A stretch of 64,000 bases of DNA from Phoronis australis. Its lineage: Eukaryota; Animalia; Phoronida. The DNA is taken from positions 508,896 to 572,895 of the forward strand of contig NMRA01000083.1 of NCBI GenBank assembly GCA_002633005.1. Reading direction: 5' to 3'. The notes under the pieces were generated by a model that saw nothing but the letters and a program-made list of their open reading frames with translations, made no database searches and was not told the origin of the DNA. Positions 51,628 to 64,000 of this stretch are shown here, piece after piece; within the stretch, counting starts at the first letter, position 1; every line of letters begins with the position of its first letter. Both the position numbers and the translations under genes were made by a program.

Positions 51628-54600
51628 TCAGGAGTCAATGGTGCCTGAAATGAGAAAATTCATAACCTACTCAAGAATTTCGTCAAGCCAAAAAGGCAAT
51701 TGGCTTTGTTCTGCTTTTAAAAATCACATTTTTACTTCTGGCAATTTATTAAACAAATTCTTGTGCAGTGAGAAACGCACAGTCGCAAATGAAGCCCTCG
51801 GGCAAGTTTTTATCTTTAGCTTAATACCACACTAAACAGAACATCATACCTGGCAAACAATTTAAAATTTGTTATCCAAGTTGTGATGTGATGAGCATTC
51901 AAAAATGGTCAACAAGTCACTGCTTCCCTAAATGGGTTTTGTTGGTAGTGCTCGTGTAAGTAATGATTTTATACCATCAAGACCAAAAAGTTTGAAGACA
52001 CCTCGACAGTTTTGCTGAATGTCATTCGACTTAATCACAAATTTGGCAGATGGCGTGTGTTGTTGCAGTGGCAATGTGTAGTATTATTATCTATGGCGAG
52101 GAATCTTTATCGTAGCTGTATCACTCCTACTACAAATCCTCACCGCAACATGCCACGCCATCGTCAAATTTATTGTGATCAAGCTGAATGACATTCGGTG
52201 GAACTGTTGAGGTATCTTCATATTCTTGGCCGTGATAGCAGAAAATTGTTACTTACAAGTCGCTGTTTGATAAACTACATGTAGTTGACTAGACTCGCAA
52301 TAAAACATGTTCTGGTGTCAAAAACTACTTTCATCACGGTCCTATTTGTTCTTACAAAGCAACATCTAATGCATTCTTTTTTATTTTAATTGACATTGAT
52401 TACAATAAAAGACCCGAAATTCCCTGGACAACCATAATGCTTCAGCAACAGACACCAACCTGCAGTGACAATCTACTTTAACTTTATAACATAAATAGAA
52501 AATCTGTTTATGACAGTCTAAAATAATATATTTAAAACTGCCAATATACGTACCTTCCAAAAAGGCCAACTCGTCAATATCATCAATAGCCGAGTCTGCA
52601 AAAACAAAAATCAATTGATCAGAAATCAATAATGCATACTATAAGCATAATTCAAACCAACTCGAGATGAAAAGTATTTCGGACCGTTGTTGATAGACAA
52701 CCAAATTTAAGCACTAGTTTTTTTATTTCAGTTACTTATTACATGCACATCAAATTGAATGCAGTTTCATTGGTCCAGCTCAGTTAAACTAAATAATTTC
52801 TAAATACACCAATGGCATGGATTCAAAATCGCAACAAACTTGCTTTTGCAGAAAATACAAAATAGGCTGAACAGGTGCAGAAGATAATACACTGTTGCTA
52901 GAGTATCACTTCAGCGACGCCTCACCTAAATCTTTTTTCTGTATAGTTTTTCTTTTGCCTTGAACAGCATATTGTGAGGATTCTTTGGCTAAATCAGCGA
53001 TAAACAACTCCTGCAAAAGAAGGTTATTATTTATTTCGATACCAGGTTTCACTGTCGCACTTCAGCACAGCATACAATTCTATCAGCAGTTAAGGGAAAA
53101 GAAATTGCTTTTGATGTTTCTGTTAGTAAAAATACAGACGACTGGTTATCTTGGAGGGACATTTTTTCTTGATTATTGTTACCCTGTGCCTGGTTGCAAG
53201 AAAAGATCCCAAATAGGGACTCTACTAATTTACTTAAAACTACATAACCCTGTTTTGACAATTTCAACCAATCCTCGTCCTGTCAGGGATAACTTAGTCA
53301 CTTACCCAGTCGCCAATACGAGTAAAAAAAGTGCTGGGCGAGTAGAAGTTCACTTGCCCGTCGCCCGGGTGGCAAAAGAATTTTCTGAGCACAATAAACA
53401 CTCTATCATTTCCCAGATGAAAATCGATAAATTATCTTCCCTGTGGTGTTTTTATCATAAATTTAAGATTAACCGTAGCGATTTGTCTATACAAACGGTC
53501 ACAGTGTGCGGTCGTGCACAAAGAAATTTGTGGACTCGTCCAAAACGATGAAAAAGGGAGGAAAGGCAGCTCGGGTCCATGTGTTCACAGCGAGTGAAAT
53601 ACCATTTCTTAGAACTGACTTCTTATTGTACAGCATAATTTTAGCCAAGATTATTTAATAAACAATAACATTGAAATAACATTTAAATTTCAATGATTGT
53701 CCTTGTTATCGTTATTAGCAAAATAAAATATCGCATTTTTAGCTAGATTGGTCGTATAGACTCTATTTGGTGCGGCCATAAGATTTCCAGGTGCAAAGGC
53801 TTTTTCCATATTTTGGGTCCAGCCATATGATTTAGCAGTACAGTACAGCACAACGTTACTCGGTGTGGCCACTGGCATGACACCCCTTGAAAACTGTTCT
53901 AGTCCACACACGAGGCAGAATCATGATACACACGTTCACTTGTGCACGACTGGTGCACGTGCTATCGTCTTGGGTGTTCTCATTTTCACTTGTCAAGCGT
54001 CACAATGGGGCGTTTTTTTAGAGGGAGTCAACCCTCCGAAGTAAACTACAGCGGAAAAAAGAAACTAACACACAAATTATGAGGAAAACAAGATTAAACC
54101 TGATTGGCAGAAAGGGTGGCCCTAGCTTCAAGGCACAGAAAACGGCATGCAATTTTAATTAAAAAGTAGTTATTGTGTTGGATGACATATCGTCTTGAGT
54201 AGCCAGCCAGCCAGCCAGCTAGCTGTATGAAGACTATAGTCAAAATACCATTGTGTGTGTTGAGCTCCAAAAGACCTCGAATGTGTACACAGCCAAGGTA
54301 GTTCTGCTCATCACCTCGCCGTGAAACTCGTATCAACATGTAGAGGTAAAGACCGGCGAGGATGTATGCAAAATTTGGGAGTCAACCCAACACTCACCTT
54401 GCCCATTACAGCAGTTTAAGTGAAGAACAATCTAATAAACATCATTTTTTTGCAGAATTCTCCGCATTTTGTAACAAAAGAAAAGTATTTCGAAGCTTTG
54501 AAAACAGTACGCTCGTGACACGCACACGTGCCATTTCCTAAAGTTTTGTGACATCTCTTGGGAGATGATGACAGCTTCGCAGCAGCAAAATTTGTTTTGA

Positions 54601-55549
54601 AATTCCGCTTGCTGGTATTAAAAACTTATAATGAAGTGAAACAAATTGCGATAATTTGCTGCGACGTGTTTAATGGCACTGGTAGGACATAGCGGTCCCT
54701 CATTTAGACAACCAGTTTCATCCACTAAATAATGAGCCCATTATTCATTGATTGCCTGGTTCTCTAAATCAGGGACCGCTATATCTGACCAGTGCCCTAT
54801 TTAATTATGGGAGTATTTGTTTGACTTGGAAGGACGGCCTCCTAATGCTAAGGAGTCCCTCTACACGCAAACTGTACTTATAGCAATGCGACTTTAATGG
54901 TTTAATCAATGTGAGACATAATTCGTCGAAAAGCTTCTGGGTAAGTAAATGCCATTTGGCAAGCCATTTATAGAGATTTTGTACGGCTCTACGTCATACC
55001 TGAAAACCGTAAGTCACAACAGCAGGAACCAGTTTTCACCAGTTCATTAAATAATTAAAGGCCATTTGTTGTGAATTGATGTTTGTGGCATTGTTTTTCA
55101 CTTAAACGGTTGTAACAATGTAACGGGCAAGGCCAGTGACAGTGTCGGTTGACTCCCAGCTTTTGCATGCACGCCGTCGGGTCTTTATAATATCTACATG
55201 TTGACAAAGGTTTCACGGCGAGTTGATGAGCAGAACTACCCTGGATGTGTGCAATTTCGGGGTCTATGGAAGAAAAACACACAGTGGTACCTAGCTGTAT
55301 TTTGACGATAGTCTTCATACAGCTAGCTAGCTGGCTGGCTAGGGATTGACACGGATTTCAACATCAACTCACGGTCGCTTTAGCAAGTAAATGAACGGCA
55401 TCTTGGCTAGCCAGTGTAACATCCGGATCTAGTTTCATTATATGTTTGACCCGCGACATTGGTAACTTAAATAGCTTTTCTGATTTTTCGCCATCGTCTT
55501 CATTTTGCGTGCTTTCTGTGTTTTCAGTGTGTTTTTCATTTCCCGCCAT
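51628..55549 (-). CDS. POLE4: DNA polymerase epsilon subunit 4 (histone-fold), 106 aa, 4 exons (55549-55373, 53010-52926, 52595-52554, 51644-51628)
   Basis: Spliced ...KLPMSRVKHIMKLDPDVTLASQDAVHLLAKAT-ELFIADLAKESSQYAVQGKRKTIQKKDLD-SAIDDIDELAFLEG-TIDS*. H2A-like histone fold with the POLE4 C-terminal AFLEGT. Confidence 0.92.
51950..52262. repeat. Long imperfect inverted repeat (foldback MITE) in POLE4 intron 3
   Basis: GAAGACACCTCGACAGTT...GAATGTCATTC...ATCACAAATTTG...GATGGCGTG pairs with CACGCCATC...CAAATTTATTGTGAT...GAATGACATTC...AACTGTTGAGGTATCTTC. Confidence 0.75.
54200..55341. mobile_element. Stack of repeats in POLE4 intron 1: family A(-), small MITE (54676-54797), family B fragment, family A(+)
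   Basis: Homology to 2352-3070 and 4275-4545. The small MITE has a TIR of about 40 bp, GGCACTGGT...AGCGGTCCCT / AGGGACCGCT...ACCAGTGCC, with a half copy at about 63260-63301. Confidence 0.75.
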
Positions 55550-55700
55550 CTTCAGTGAATTACTTCCGTTTCCGGTTTTAGAAGACAAGGACGTAAACAT
55601 TGACCGAGTCGGCTTTTGATACATAATTTGGGCCTTGACGATTATGTAACGTTTCTGAGGTTGTAGGTTCATATACAGTACATTTCGTTGGTAAACTCTA
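55543..55700. promoter_or_regulatory. Putative bidirectional promoter of POLE4 and the ankyrin gene
   Basis: YY1-like CCGCCATCTT over the POLE4 ATG and tandem ETS-like ACTTCCGTTTCCGGT at about 55562. The divergent ATGs are only about 720 bp apart. Confidence 0.5.
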
Positions 55701-56271
55701 CAACAGTTTTGTTTTTCGTGAACTTGGAATATAGGCCTATGAGTATCAAACTTGGCAAGTTGAGTTCACTCAAAAATTACATTCACATTGATAAAAACTT
55801 GCACATTGCACTAAAGCATATTACATGAAAATATAAATTTTAACCAACCTTTTTTCAACTATTGGCGATCTTATTCACTCCAAACAATAGTTCATTGATT
55901 AACCTTTGATATATTCCTGGGGCCAATCATAACAATTGTTTACACTGAACAAAAAATAATTTCACTTGATTGCCTTAATAATAGAATATTTAATTCCAAG
56001 ATAACGCATACGCAATCTTCAGGTTACGCCTATCTTCTTTTTACGGAACACAAGATGGTCCAGCTCCATCTTCTTGACATTTCCAAAACCATCATAGATT
56101 GCTTCAACAAGGAGAATTTATTAATTGATTTATTTAGGTTTGTAGTTTACTATTTTGGCACGTGTTAATTAGTGCTATGGTGGACTTTAAACTAGGGTCA
56201 GTGAAAAAGATTCATCGACAATCATTCATGTGATCTGAAATATATTTAAGTTCTCTTTTCAGGTAACTCTG

Positions 56272-56931
56272 ATGGGTGGTGATCAGGGCAAGCTAAGGAA
56301 ACCCATTCGAGATGGTGATTTGGCAGCTGTGAAGAATATTTTGAACACTGCAGCAGATAAACAGAGCATTCTTCATGAACAGTTCAATGTGTCTAGCAAT
56401 CCACTTGAATTTGCACCAGTGTATTACAATCCACTACAATATGCAGTATTCAGAGATGAAGTGGACATAGTTCAAGTTCTGTTGGAGAATGGGGCAGATA
56501 TACATTGTCGTCGCAATGGAGGAGAGACTTTACTTCATGTGGCTGTGCATCATGGTAACCTCCCCCTTGTGGACTTACTGAGAACTAGTGGTATTGACAT
56601 GAAAGCTGTTGATGAAAAAGGTCATTATGCTATTCATAGAGCATGCTATTCATACAAAGACCCCAAGTCATTGATAGAATATCTCCTTGAACAAGGCAGC
56701 AAGACCGACGTTAAGCTACAAGACTTTACCGGACAGACTCCTTTACACCATGCTGCATTTGGCAGCAATTACGCTGCAGCAGAGGTGTTACTAAACAATG
56801 GTGCCGACGTGAACGCCGAAGACGAGCAAGGACGGACGCCATATCACGTGGCAAAGAAGCATGAGAAAATGAAAACTGTATTACTGGATCACGGTGCTGA
56901 CGCAAATAAACCCGATCCATTGGGTGGGTAG
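56272..56931 (+). CDS. Ankyrin repeat protein, 219 aa, single coding exon
   Basis: Several canonical ankyrin repeats (NPLQYAV...LLENGAD, GETLLHVAV, GQTPLHHAA...LLNNGADVN, GRTPYHVA). Splice acceptor TTTTCAG at 56262 just upstream of the ATG. Confidence 0.92.
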   Translation: MGGDQGKLRKPIRDGDLAAVKNILNTAADKQSILHEQFNVSSNPLEFAPVYYNPLQYAVFRDEVDIVQVLLENGADIHCRRNGGETLLHVAVHHGNLPLVDLLRTSGIDMKAVDEKGHYAIHRACYSYKDPKSLIEYLLEQGSKTDVKLQDFTGQTPLHHAAFGSNYAAAEVLLNNGADVNAEDEQGRTPYHVAKKHEKMKTVLLDHGADANKPDPLGG

Positions 56932-58805
56932 AATTCAAACTCCACTAGGCACATTCCTGTTAGTATACAAATGGGTGTCCACAGACTGGCTTGATTTATT
57001 TAATTTCTTGGTGCTTCAAATTGTATGTAATATTATGTAATTTTTAATGTTGACTTGATAAAAATAAGGCAATGGAATTTAATCAACCTAATGCTGTTTT
57101 TTATTGTTCGCCTGTCACCGTCTGCAACATATCTTTTTGGCGTGGTGACTTTCCATATTCTATTCTTTTATGAAAACATGCATCTCCACATGGTTTTTTG
57201 ATTCAAGAAACCAGAATAAAGACAAACATACAGAATACATCCATTCATTCACACAGATCAATGTGACCTCCCTTTCAAAATTCTACCATTTTCCAGAAAA
57301 GCTAACCCATTATTAGCATTTTATACGCAATAAATTTTCTACAACATAATGCGTCTGAATATATAACAAATTTGTGGACATAAGATAAATTTTTATTATA
57401 TCCCACCCTACAAATATACCATTTAGTTAGAAGCAGTAAAACGTTGAACAATATCATTAAGTCAGAAAATAATTTTCTTAAAACAAAGGGATTTTAATGT
57501 GACAGTTTTGAGGCACAGTAGTTTCTGAACTCCTTCAAAAAATTCATAAAATCTGCCTTCCCAGAAAAGGAGTGATGGCCTCTGGAACTTCATCACAAAA
57601 AGAAAATAGTATCACAAACCCGATTGTTTTTTTGCTTAAATCATGCCTGTCAATTTCTTAGTCTTTTCCTTCAACCTACCATATTCGATAACTCACATAA
57701 GTCTGACATGCACAAGACTTGGACAAATTTCCACTCCGTGCTCGTTTTACTTTGCCCTTTGGATAAATCGTATTTCACGTTAATCCGACTACAACAACTT
57801 TTACTGCAGTTCATTAAAGTACATTCTGACACGCCTGTCACGTCACCTTACACAACTTGTTGGAGCCGTAACACAACTACAGTTGTGTAAAACAAGCTAA
57901 GTATTGCTGGAGTCGTATAACACATGATGTGTTTAACAAGTGCTGTAGCCAAATTAAGGGATGTGTATTTCCAACAAAACGATAAATTAATTTATCCATC
58001 ATTTCATCTAGGAAAGGTCAATGAAAGAAGACAGCACTTGAAGCTCTGACCAATTGCAACTGTATTCAGTCTTAAATCCAACACATAAATGAACAATCAC
58101 CTGATAGATTTGTGAATTACAAACAATCACTGATGCTAAAAACTTGCATTACACTTGACATGAATAAGTCATCAACTCTGCTAGATCATTGCTTGCAATA
58201 ATAATTACAGAACTTGAATGATGTAAAAAATCTTTAATTTGGGACACATTTCACTTTGTCAACACTTGAGAAAAATTTACTTCTCTCTCAGCAGAAACCA
58301 AGCATTTCAGCAGTCACCAAATAACATTTAGTATAATTCTGATCACTTACAGCAACTAATCAAGACTAGAAAAAAATTCAAATTTTATTATTGCTTTTGT
58401 CCCAAACTGAACATTTTTACTACAACTAGTGATAGCAACATCATGGTAGTCTGACTGATCATGACACAAGGTCCCCATGAAGCAAATGAATATATCAGAT
58501 GAAGTTCAAATGTGACCCGTCAACATTATTTTCCAAGACCCTAATTTTCATTTACAATTGCTAAATGAAACCTCACAAGCTTGAATACTCAAGACACAGA
58601 AACCCTCTAAAGGTGTTCTTCTGTGCTCAAAAAGTATATATATCAACGCTTTATTCCGGAAGAGGGGTAATTTGCCTACAAGCTTCTTGCATGCAATGTT
58701 GTATTTTATGCACCACCGTTGGAGCAAGCTTCACTGGCACAATTCAGTCGGTAAGCACTGCGTAATGACTTCCAGCCCTACAGGTACTTTCACACATGCT
58801 GCCCA

Positions 58806-61800
58806 CTAAAACTTGACCCATTGACTTCCATCGGCGTTCTTCTTGACCGTCTTCATTTTTCCTCCCTGCTTTCTTTCAATTTCATTAAATCTATCCTGAA
58901 TCTCCTGGGGAATGTCAAATGACTCGAGGTCCTCCATTCCCTCCTGAGGCTCATCCATAATCAACAAGTTGACACACTCCTGTATTGTGTCGTTATTATC
59001 TTCCACTGTCTCCCACTTGTGGTACTCGCGCATGATTACATACGTGTTCTTATCTTTGACGAACAGTCTGCCTTTCTGTGTAGAGCACAGCTACAATGAA
59101 GGAAATTGGTAGTGAATGAAAAGTCACCCAAGTTGAGAACACCACCTTCGTACTGGCTCGTTTGCAGTTCTAAAATTGTGCCAATTTATCAACTGGGGCT
59201 TAAAACTGATGACAGAAAATTGGTTTTGCAACTACTGAATGAAAATTAAACCATATAATTTTAAGCACATCACAGTGAAGATACAATCTATCCAAATCAT
59301 CCTCACTAGTTATGGGTATGTTCTGAGAGACATTGTGTTTTTGCTAAGTGACATTTAATTGTTTGTCAAAATAGCTGTGTGGAGCGTGAGTCTAAATTTC
59401 TGTCTTAAGTCACTTTTCCCGAAACAGACAGGTATCTTAACTGTCCTCACAAAGATTTTATAAAGCATGACCACCTGGCAATAGACTCTGTGCTGTCAGG
59501 TAGGAATGTTATGACAATTTTTGACAACAGGAAACGTGTCTTGCCTGTCATTCAAAAAAACCCTTTTAGTTTTGCTCGTGTTAACAGCAATTACCTAATT
59601 GTCAGCAAGCAAACAAGAGTGTTTTTGATGTTTCATCCCATCCAAACTGTTGTCATGCAAAAGTGAGTTCAGCATTACCATGTAAAATCTGAAGACATTG
59701 CGACAACTCTGACTTCAGAAGATCCACAAATCGAAACTCAAGAGATGCTAACATATGGGACTTTTCAGAAGTTCATTCCTAAAGCCCCATGCAAAGACAA
59801 GGCCAAATTAGATAGAAGACTGACAAGTTGAAACTAAAGGAAACCAAGCTTTTGACAGTTAAACTAAGACGCAAAGATAATCAACATGCTCCATACAGTC
59901 CAAAGAGATGGCCAGTAAAATTAGGATCATTCACTAAAAAACACTTCTGCTCTTCTGTGATCTTTTAGTGTGGTTACATTTGTGGCTTTAACTATTTCAA
60001 ACTTCTCAAAAGATAAAACCCCTGATAATATCATGTTAGACCCTGTGCCCACTGAAAGCTTGAACTAAGTAAAATGTATTATACAATGTCTTCACCAATG
60101 GGACATTTTAGCACACCACATTAATGTAACAGAGTTTTCACATTTGAACAACCCTAACCTTGATAACAGCCTCGACTAACATCTTCCTTATTTCTGGGTC
60201 CTCTTCCCTAGTCTTGTCACAGTCCAAATATTGCAGCTCATCTGGTAACCTTTCCATGTCGTCCTCCTTAAACTCCTCAGGCCCAGCCAATGGGAGAAGT
60301 AGTCTTGGTAAGATATCCACTGCAGGGCCCAATAACCACTCGTGATAGTCTACAGGTAAAACAGAAAACTTATTATTTATACAAGGGTCTGAGACATCTA
60401 GCAACAGTACACAACAGTAACCTGACAAAATAATGTCAGCTTGTAACTGTGTCTAATTCTGTTTGCAGCGAAAATCACTGACAATGACTCATCACTGTAC
60501 CAGGAAAATCCTAATTGCAAAATTGCACTTCTACCTTGCGAACTTTCTGGTGAAGTCCCTTTCATTCTCAATCACGGCGGAAGACTATCCAATTCTGCTT
60601 GCATCCAGCCACCATAACAAAAACATCTGGGTCGTTTTGTCACATTACTTTTTCTGTATACTGTTACATAATCAACGCCCGAAATAAAATATGACATCCT
60701 AAAACAAGTACTGATTATTTAACAAGTTATGAAATCTTTTATCTCGGACAATAACGATAGTAACTGGCCACCATGATCACATTTTGACTGAGCTATCAGA
60801 TTCACGGAGTGATAGTTACTCTAAAAATAATAAGGTATGATGATTGAATTGTGATCAACATGCTTAAAGCCTAGCTTCAACAGAATTTTGTTATTTTAGA
60901 TGCATTGGGCTAACCAGATAGTCCTAGCAAAGCCTTAGTGAAATAAGAAAACGCGAGTTCAATCACACAAATGTAAGGCCGTCAAATGATAGGTGAAGCT
61001 GCCTCTTCATGCCATGTTGAGTCACCGCGAGATCCCAGCACAAACAACAAAAGGCCGATTACAGTTGTATTGAATAGGTGTCTGAATAGAACACCATTGC
61101 GTGTGAGTGTTATTCGCAGCTGATTGAATTAAAAGGTGATTCTCGCGGTGACGTAGACAAAAGCAAGCCAATATGCCAAACAGTTCATTACATTTGGCAG
61201 TTTACAGCACTAGTGGGCTCAGAGCGATGATCGCAACATACTGCAGGAATCAAATTTACAAGTGTTTCCATTCAAGATAAGCTTTAAAGTTTTAAGCCAC
61301 TATGTTAACACTTTTCAAAAGCAGTGCCCACGTCAGTCACAAATTGTTGCTAAAACTAACAGAATTAATTTTTGCAAGGTATTTCTCATTGAAAGAGGAT
61401 TATCCCACAATCCACTGCACAGCCAAAGAGATTTGGTGAAATCCCAGATCATACGTACTTGCACATAAAGTGCAATGAAGAAGTTGCATGGACTGATCAT
61501 GAATGAAGATAGTTTGATACGACACCTGTTTCGAAGCAGCAGTTCTTGAGAAGGCCCACAATGCCTTTCCTCCTATTGATGGAATCCTTATACTCGGTGA
61601 ATGGCAGTAAACGCTGGATTACGCAGCGCTCTTTGTCCATAATGTAGTGGCGAGCCGCTTTAACCTGCGACAGATTTTGGAGGAAGGGCCCTAAGTCATG
61701 CAATGAATTTTTGGGGTTGTGGTTGATTGAGGTGAAGGCTTGGATGATCTGATTGAAGCCTATGGTGTCCGAGTTCTGAATAATAGTCTCTACTATCCGT

Positions 61801-62174
61801 TCCGCACAGTCTTCATAATGAGACAAGTTAATGAACAACATACACACCCCATCAGCAAAGTCACTCTCCGAGCCTATCACATACTCTAATATTTCCTTCA
61901 GAAAATTGGGCACGTCCAAGAGTCTTTGACATACTTTCGGGTCAGCTGCAACATTGATCAAACACTTATAAGCAGACTTTGCGACATTTTTGTTGGTGTC
62001 ATCCTTCAGCGAAACTACCAAGTCCAGAAGCCCGTCTGTGTCTCTGATTAATGCAGCACCATCTGTTTTCCCGCTCAGACCAGCAACAAGTTCAGCTGCT
62101 TCTTCCCTGCACTCTGCTTTTGCCTCAAGTGAGAGGTATTCTTTGAGATCTTGAATAGCCTGTTTGTCCACCAT
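58806..62174 (-). CDS. HGH1: Protein HGH1 homolog (FAM203, eEF2 chaperone), 374 aa, 3 exons (62174-61526, 60349-60159, 59090-58806)
   Basis: ARM-like N-terminal part. Motifs RRKGIVGLLKNCCF, ILPRLLLPLAGPEEF, LPDELQYL..DKTRE.DP.IRKML.EA and YVIMREYHKWE are characteristic of HGH1. Splice phases are consistent. Confidence 0.93.
60868..61283. mobile_element. Kolobok-like non-autonomous DNA transposon (TTAA TSD), copy 2
   Basis: TTAA|AGCCTAGCTTCAAC...TTCAAGATAAGCT|TTAA, colinear with 15496-15921. Confidence 0.8.
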
Positions 62175-63875
62175 GCCTGTAAAAATTTAAATTGAGACTA
62201 GCATTCCTGCTTAATTGTATCACGATGATTTACAACACTTACGTCAACGAGACAAATTTCAGTAAGGAAAACATAGGCAAAACCTTGTGAAATGCCTACA
62301 TTTTGTGAGAAAGGGCAAAATGGAAGTTACAGCTTCTACCAAATTAATGTACTAGTAAAGCAATGAAACGTATTACAGTAACAATTCTCCACTTTGAGAC
62401 AATCTCTAAAATTTGGGACAATGAAATTGATTTTGGTGTTCCGTCACATTTCTCAATTATCAGACACTGCGTTTTGTATCTACAGCTGTAGAAACTTGGC
62501 AGTTCATCAAATCGTAAACATGCAACAATTCTCTGAAATGATACCATTTTCACAACTTTGGACATCTAAAACAACCCATTTTTTGAAAGATTCTTGTTGA
62601 CAGATGTGTACCAGAGTCACCATAGTGTTCGACTCCTCGGGAACGTGGCTTGGGTCTGGGCCAGGGTTGAACGGTCTCGGTCAGTTTGAACAAAGATGAT
62701 ACGGTCTCTGATTTGAACTTGTGAAGAGCGATGCTCTACGGAAAGAATGGGTGTCGACAGATTGGTGCAGGTTTTGGCTGCCAAAGGACTCTTTTCCCTT
62801 TGAACATGGCGGTGTCAACCGGGAAATAGTGCGAACAAAAATGTGACAATCAGGAAACGAGGTAGGAGACATTTTCGTACATTTTTGTCAACGTTTTCAT
62901 TTCGTAAAAAATTAACTCAAACTTTATTGTTTTTTTTCAACTGTTGCCTGGAGATCTTGTTCATCAAACAGTGACATCATACTCTGAAGCCAGCTAGGCA
63001 ATTACACCGCACATTTCTCCGATTCTGTGGCAAATAGGCCTACCCAAATGCTGTTAAAACTAAACCAGAAAAGGATGACGGTGGGGTCAATAAATAGAAC
63101 AATACAATGAACAAAAACTTTCACCTGATTAATGAATATTTAATGCCCAGTTCACTTATACGTGATCCTGACTGGAAATTTTCCAAGTTCACGCACCTGC
63201 TGATCTCCATTCCATCTCCGCACCTCACTGAAGTGAAGAATGGCTCGTTTCTGGATGTAACTGGTTCTCCCAAATAGGGACCGCTATATCAGACCAGTGT
63301 CCAAACCAAGGTTTTTGAAAACAGGAAAACTCACCTTATCAAGACGCACACTGTCAAAATCGCCAACAAAGACAACAAATAAGGGTAAAGAGAACACGAG
63401 GACCCGAGTCAGAAAGTTAGGACCGCACTTAACACTAGATGTCGCTAAACACAGGAAGTGCGTAATCCAGAGCAGACGACTTCACATTTCTGGCACGTCA
63501 GTCGGTGTTTTGATCTTTTGTGTTGATAGTTAGCTTGTCCACTTGTTTTATACGCCTGCGTTTTTAGTTATTCACTGGGTTGTTATTTTCCACACATTGG
63601 GTCTTGTACTAATGTGTTGACGAAGTATAAGGTGGTGTGAAGCGATTGGCGTAATGTTCAGTCAGTGCAGATTGTAGACAACAGATTCGCAACTCCTACA
63701 TTTTCTTCCGTGCTGTCCAAGAGACGCCGCCACTCTCCTCAATTATCTGGTTCATATTTCGGTTAGTGTATTGTCGCGGGAAATTCTCGTATCTATTTTA
63801 CTGTCCAGTACAATGAAAGCCAAATAATAATTTTGGCATTGAAACGTAGATCTGTTGGTATTGTGATTATAGTCC

Positions 63876-63992
63876 GATTACCTCTCGTCGTCAGTCTCCA
63901 AAGGTCGTCCGCCATCTTGTTTCGCGTGCAGCTCTGCTACGCGGGACTTAGCGTTCCAATTTGGAACGCTCGTCTGCACGTTAGGTACTAAC
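63876..63992. promoter_or_regulatory. CpG-rich putative bidirectional promoter with candidate first exons on both strands
   Basis: YY1-like CCGCCATCTT (63909-63918), minus-strand donor GAG|GTAATC at 63881 and plus-strand donor-like TAG|GTACTA at about 63985. Confidence 0.45.
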
Positions 63993-64000
63993 CTCTCGGG

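Noticed and set aside
52381-52460. Alternative POLE4 last exon at acceptor about 52460
   Set aside because: The 51644 acceptor gives GTIDS*, matching the conserved POLE4 end. This one gives an unrelated tail.
52985-53551. 188-aa ORF on the + strand
   Set aside because: Non-ATG start, antisense to POLE4 exon 2 and intron 1, runs through a MITE end, and has no recognisable motif.

Overview
Eukaryotic, AT-rich, intron-containing invertebrate DNA. It looks lophotrochozoan or mollusc-like, judged from the repeat types only; the species cannot be determined. Most entries in the ORF track are spurious. Reading splice sites by hand gives seven protein-coding genes: TRIQK (+, 3 exons, missed by the ORF track), a membrane-anchored ML/MD-2-domain protein (-, 4 exons), CHTF8 (-, 3 exons) head-to-head with UTP4/cirhin (+, 15 coding exons), POLE4 (-, 4 exons) head-to-head with a single-coding-exon ankyrin-repeat gene (+), and HGH1 (-, 3 exons). 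Introns and intergenic DNA hold many non-autonomous DNA transposons (hAT5-like with 5-bp TSD, Kolobok-like, EnSpm-like, Tc1/pogo-like, Helentron/HINE-like), a decayed LINE 3' end, tRNA-derived fragments and minisatellites. Two single-N gaps sit between near-identical duplicated segments, probably both haplotypes assembled in tandem. I found no clear novel multi-gene system. The best leads are the CHTF8-UTP4 pair shared with human, the type II-anchored ML protein, minisatellites that copy splice donors, and two repeat families that repeatedly occur together near gene starts.
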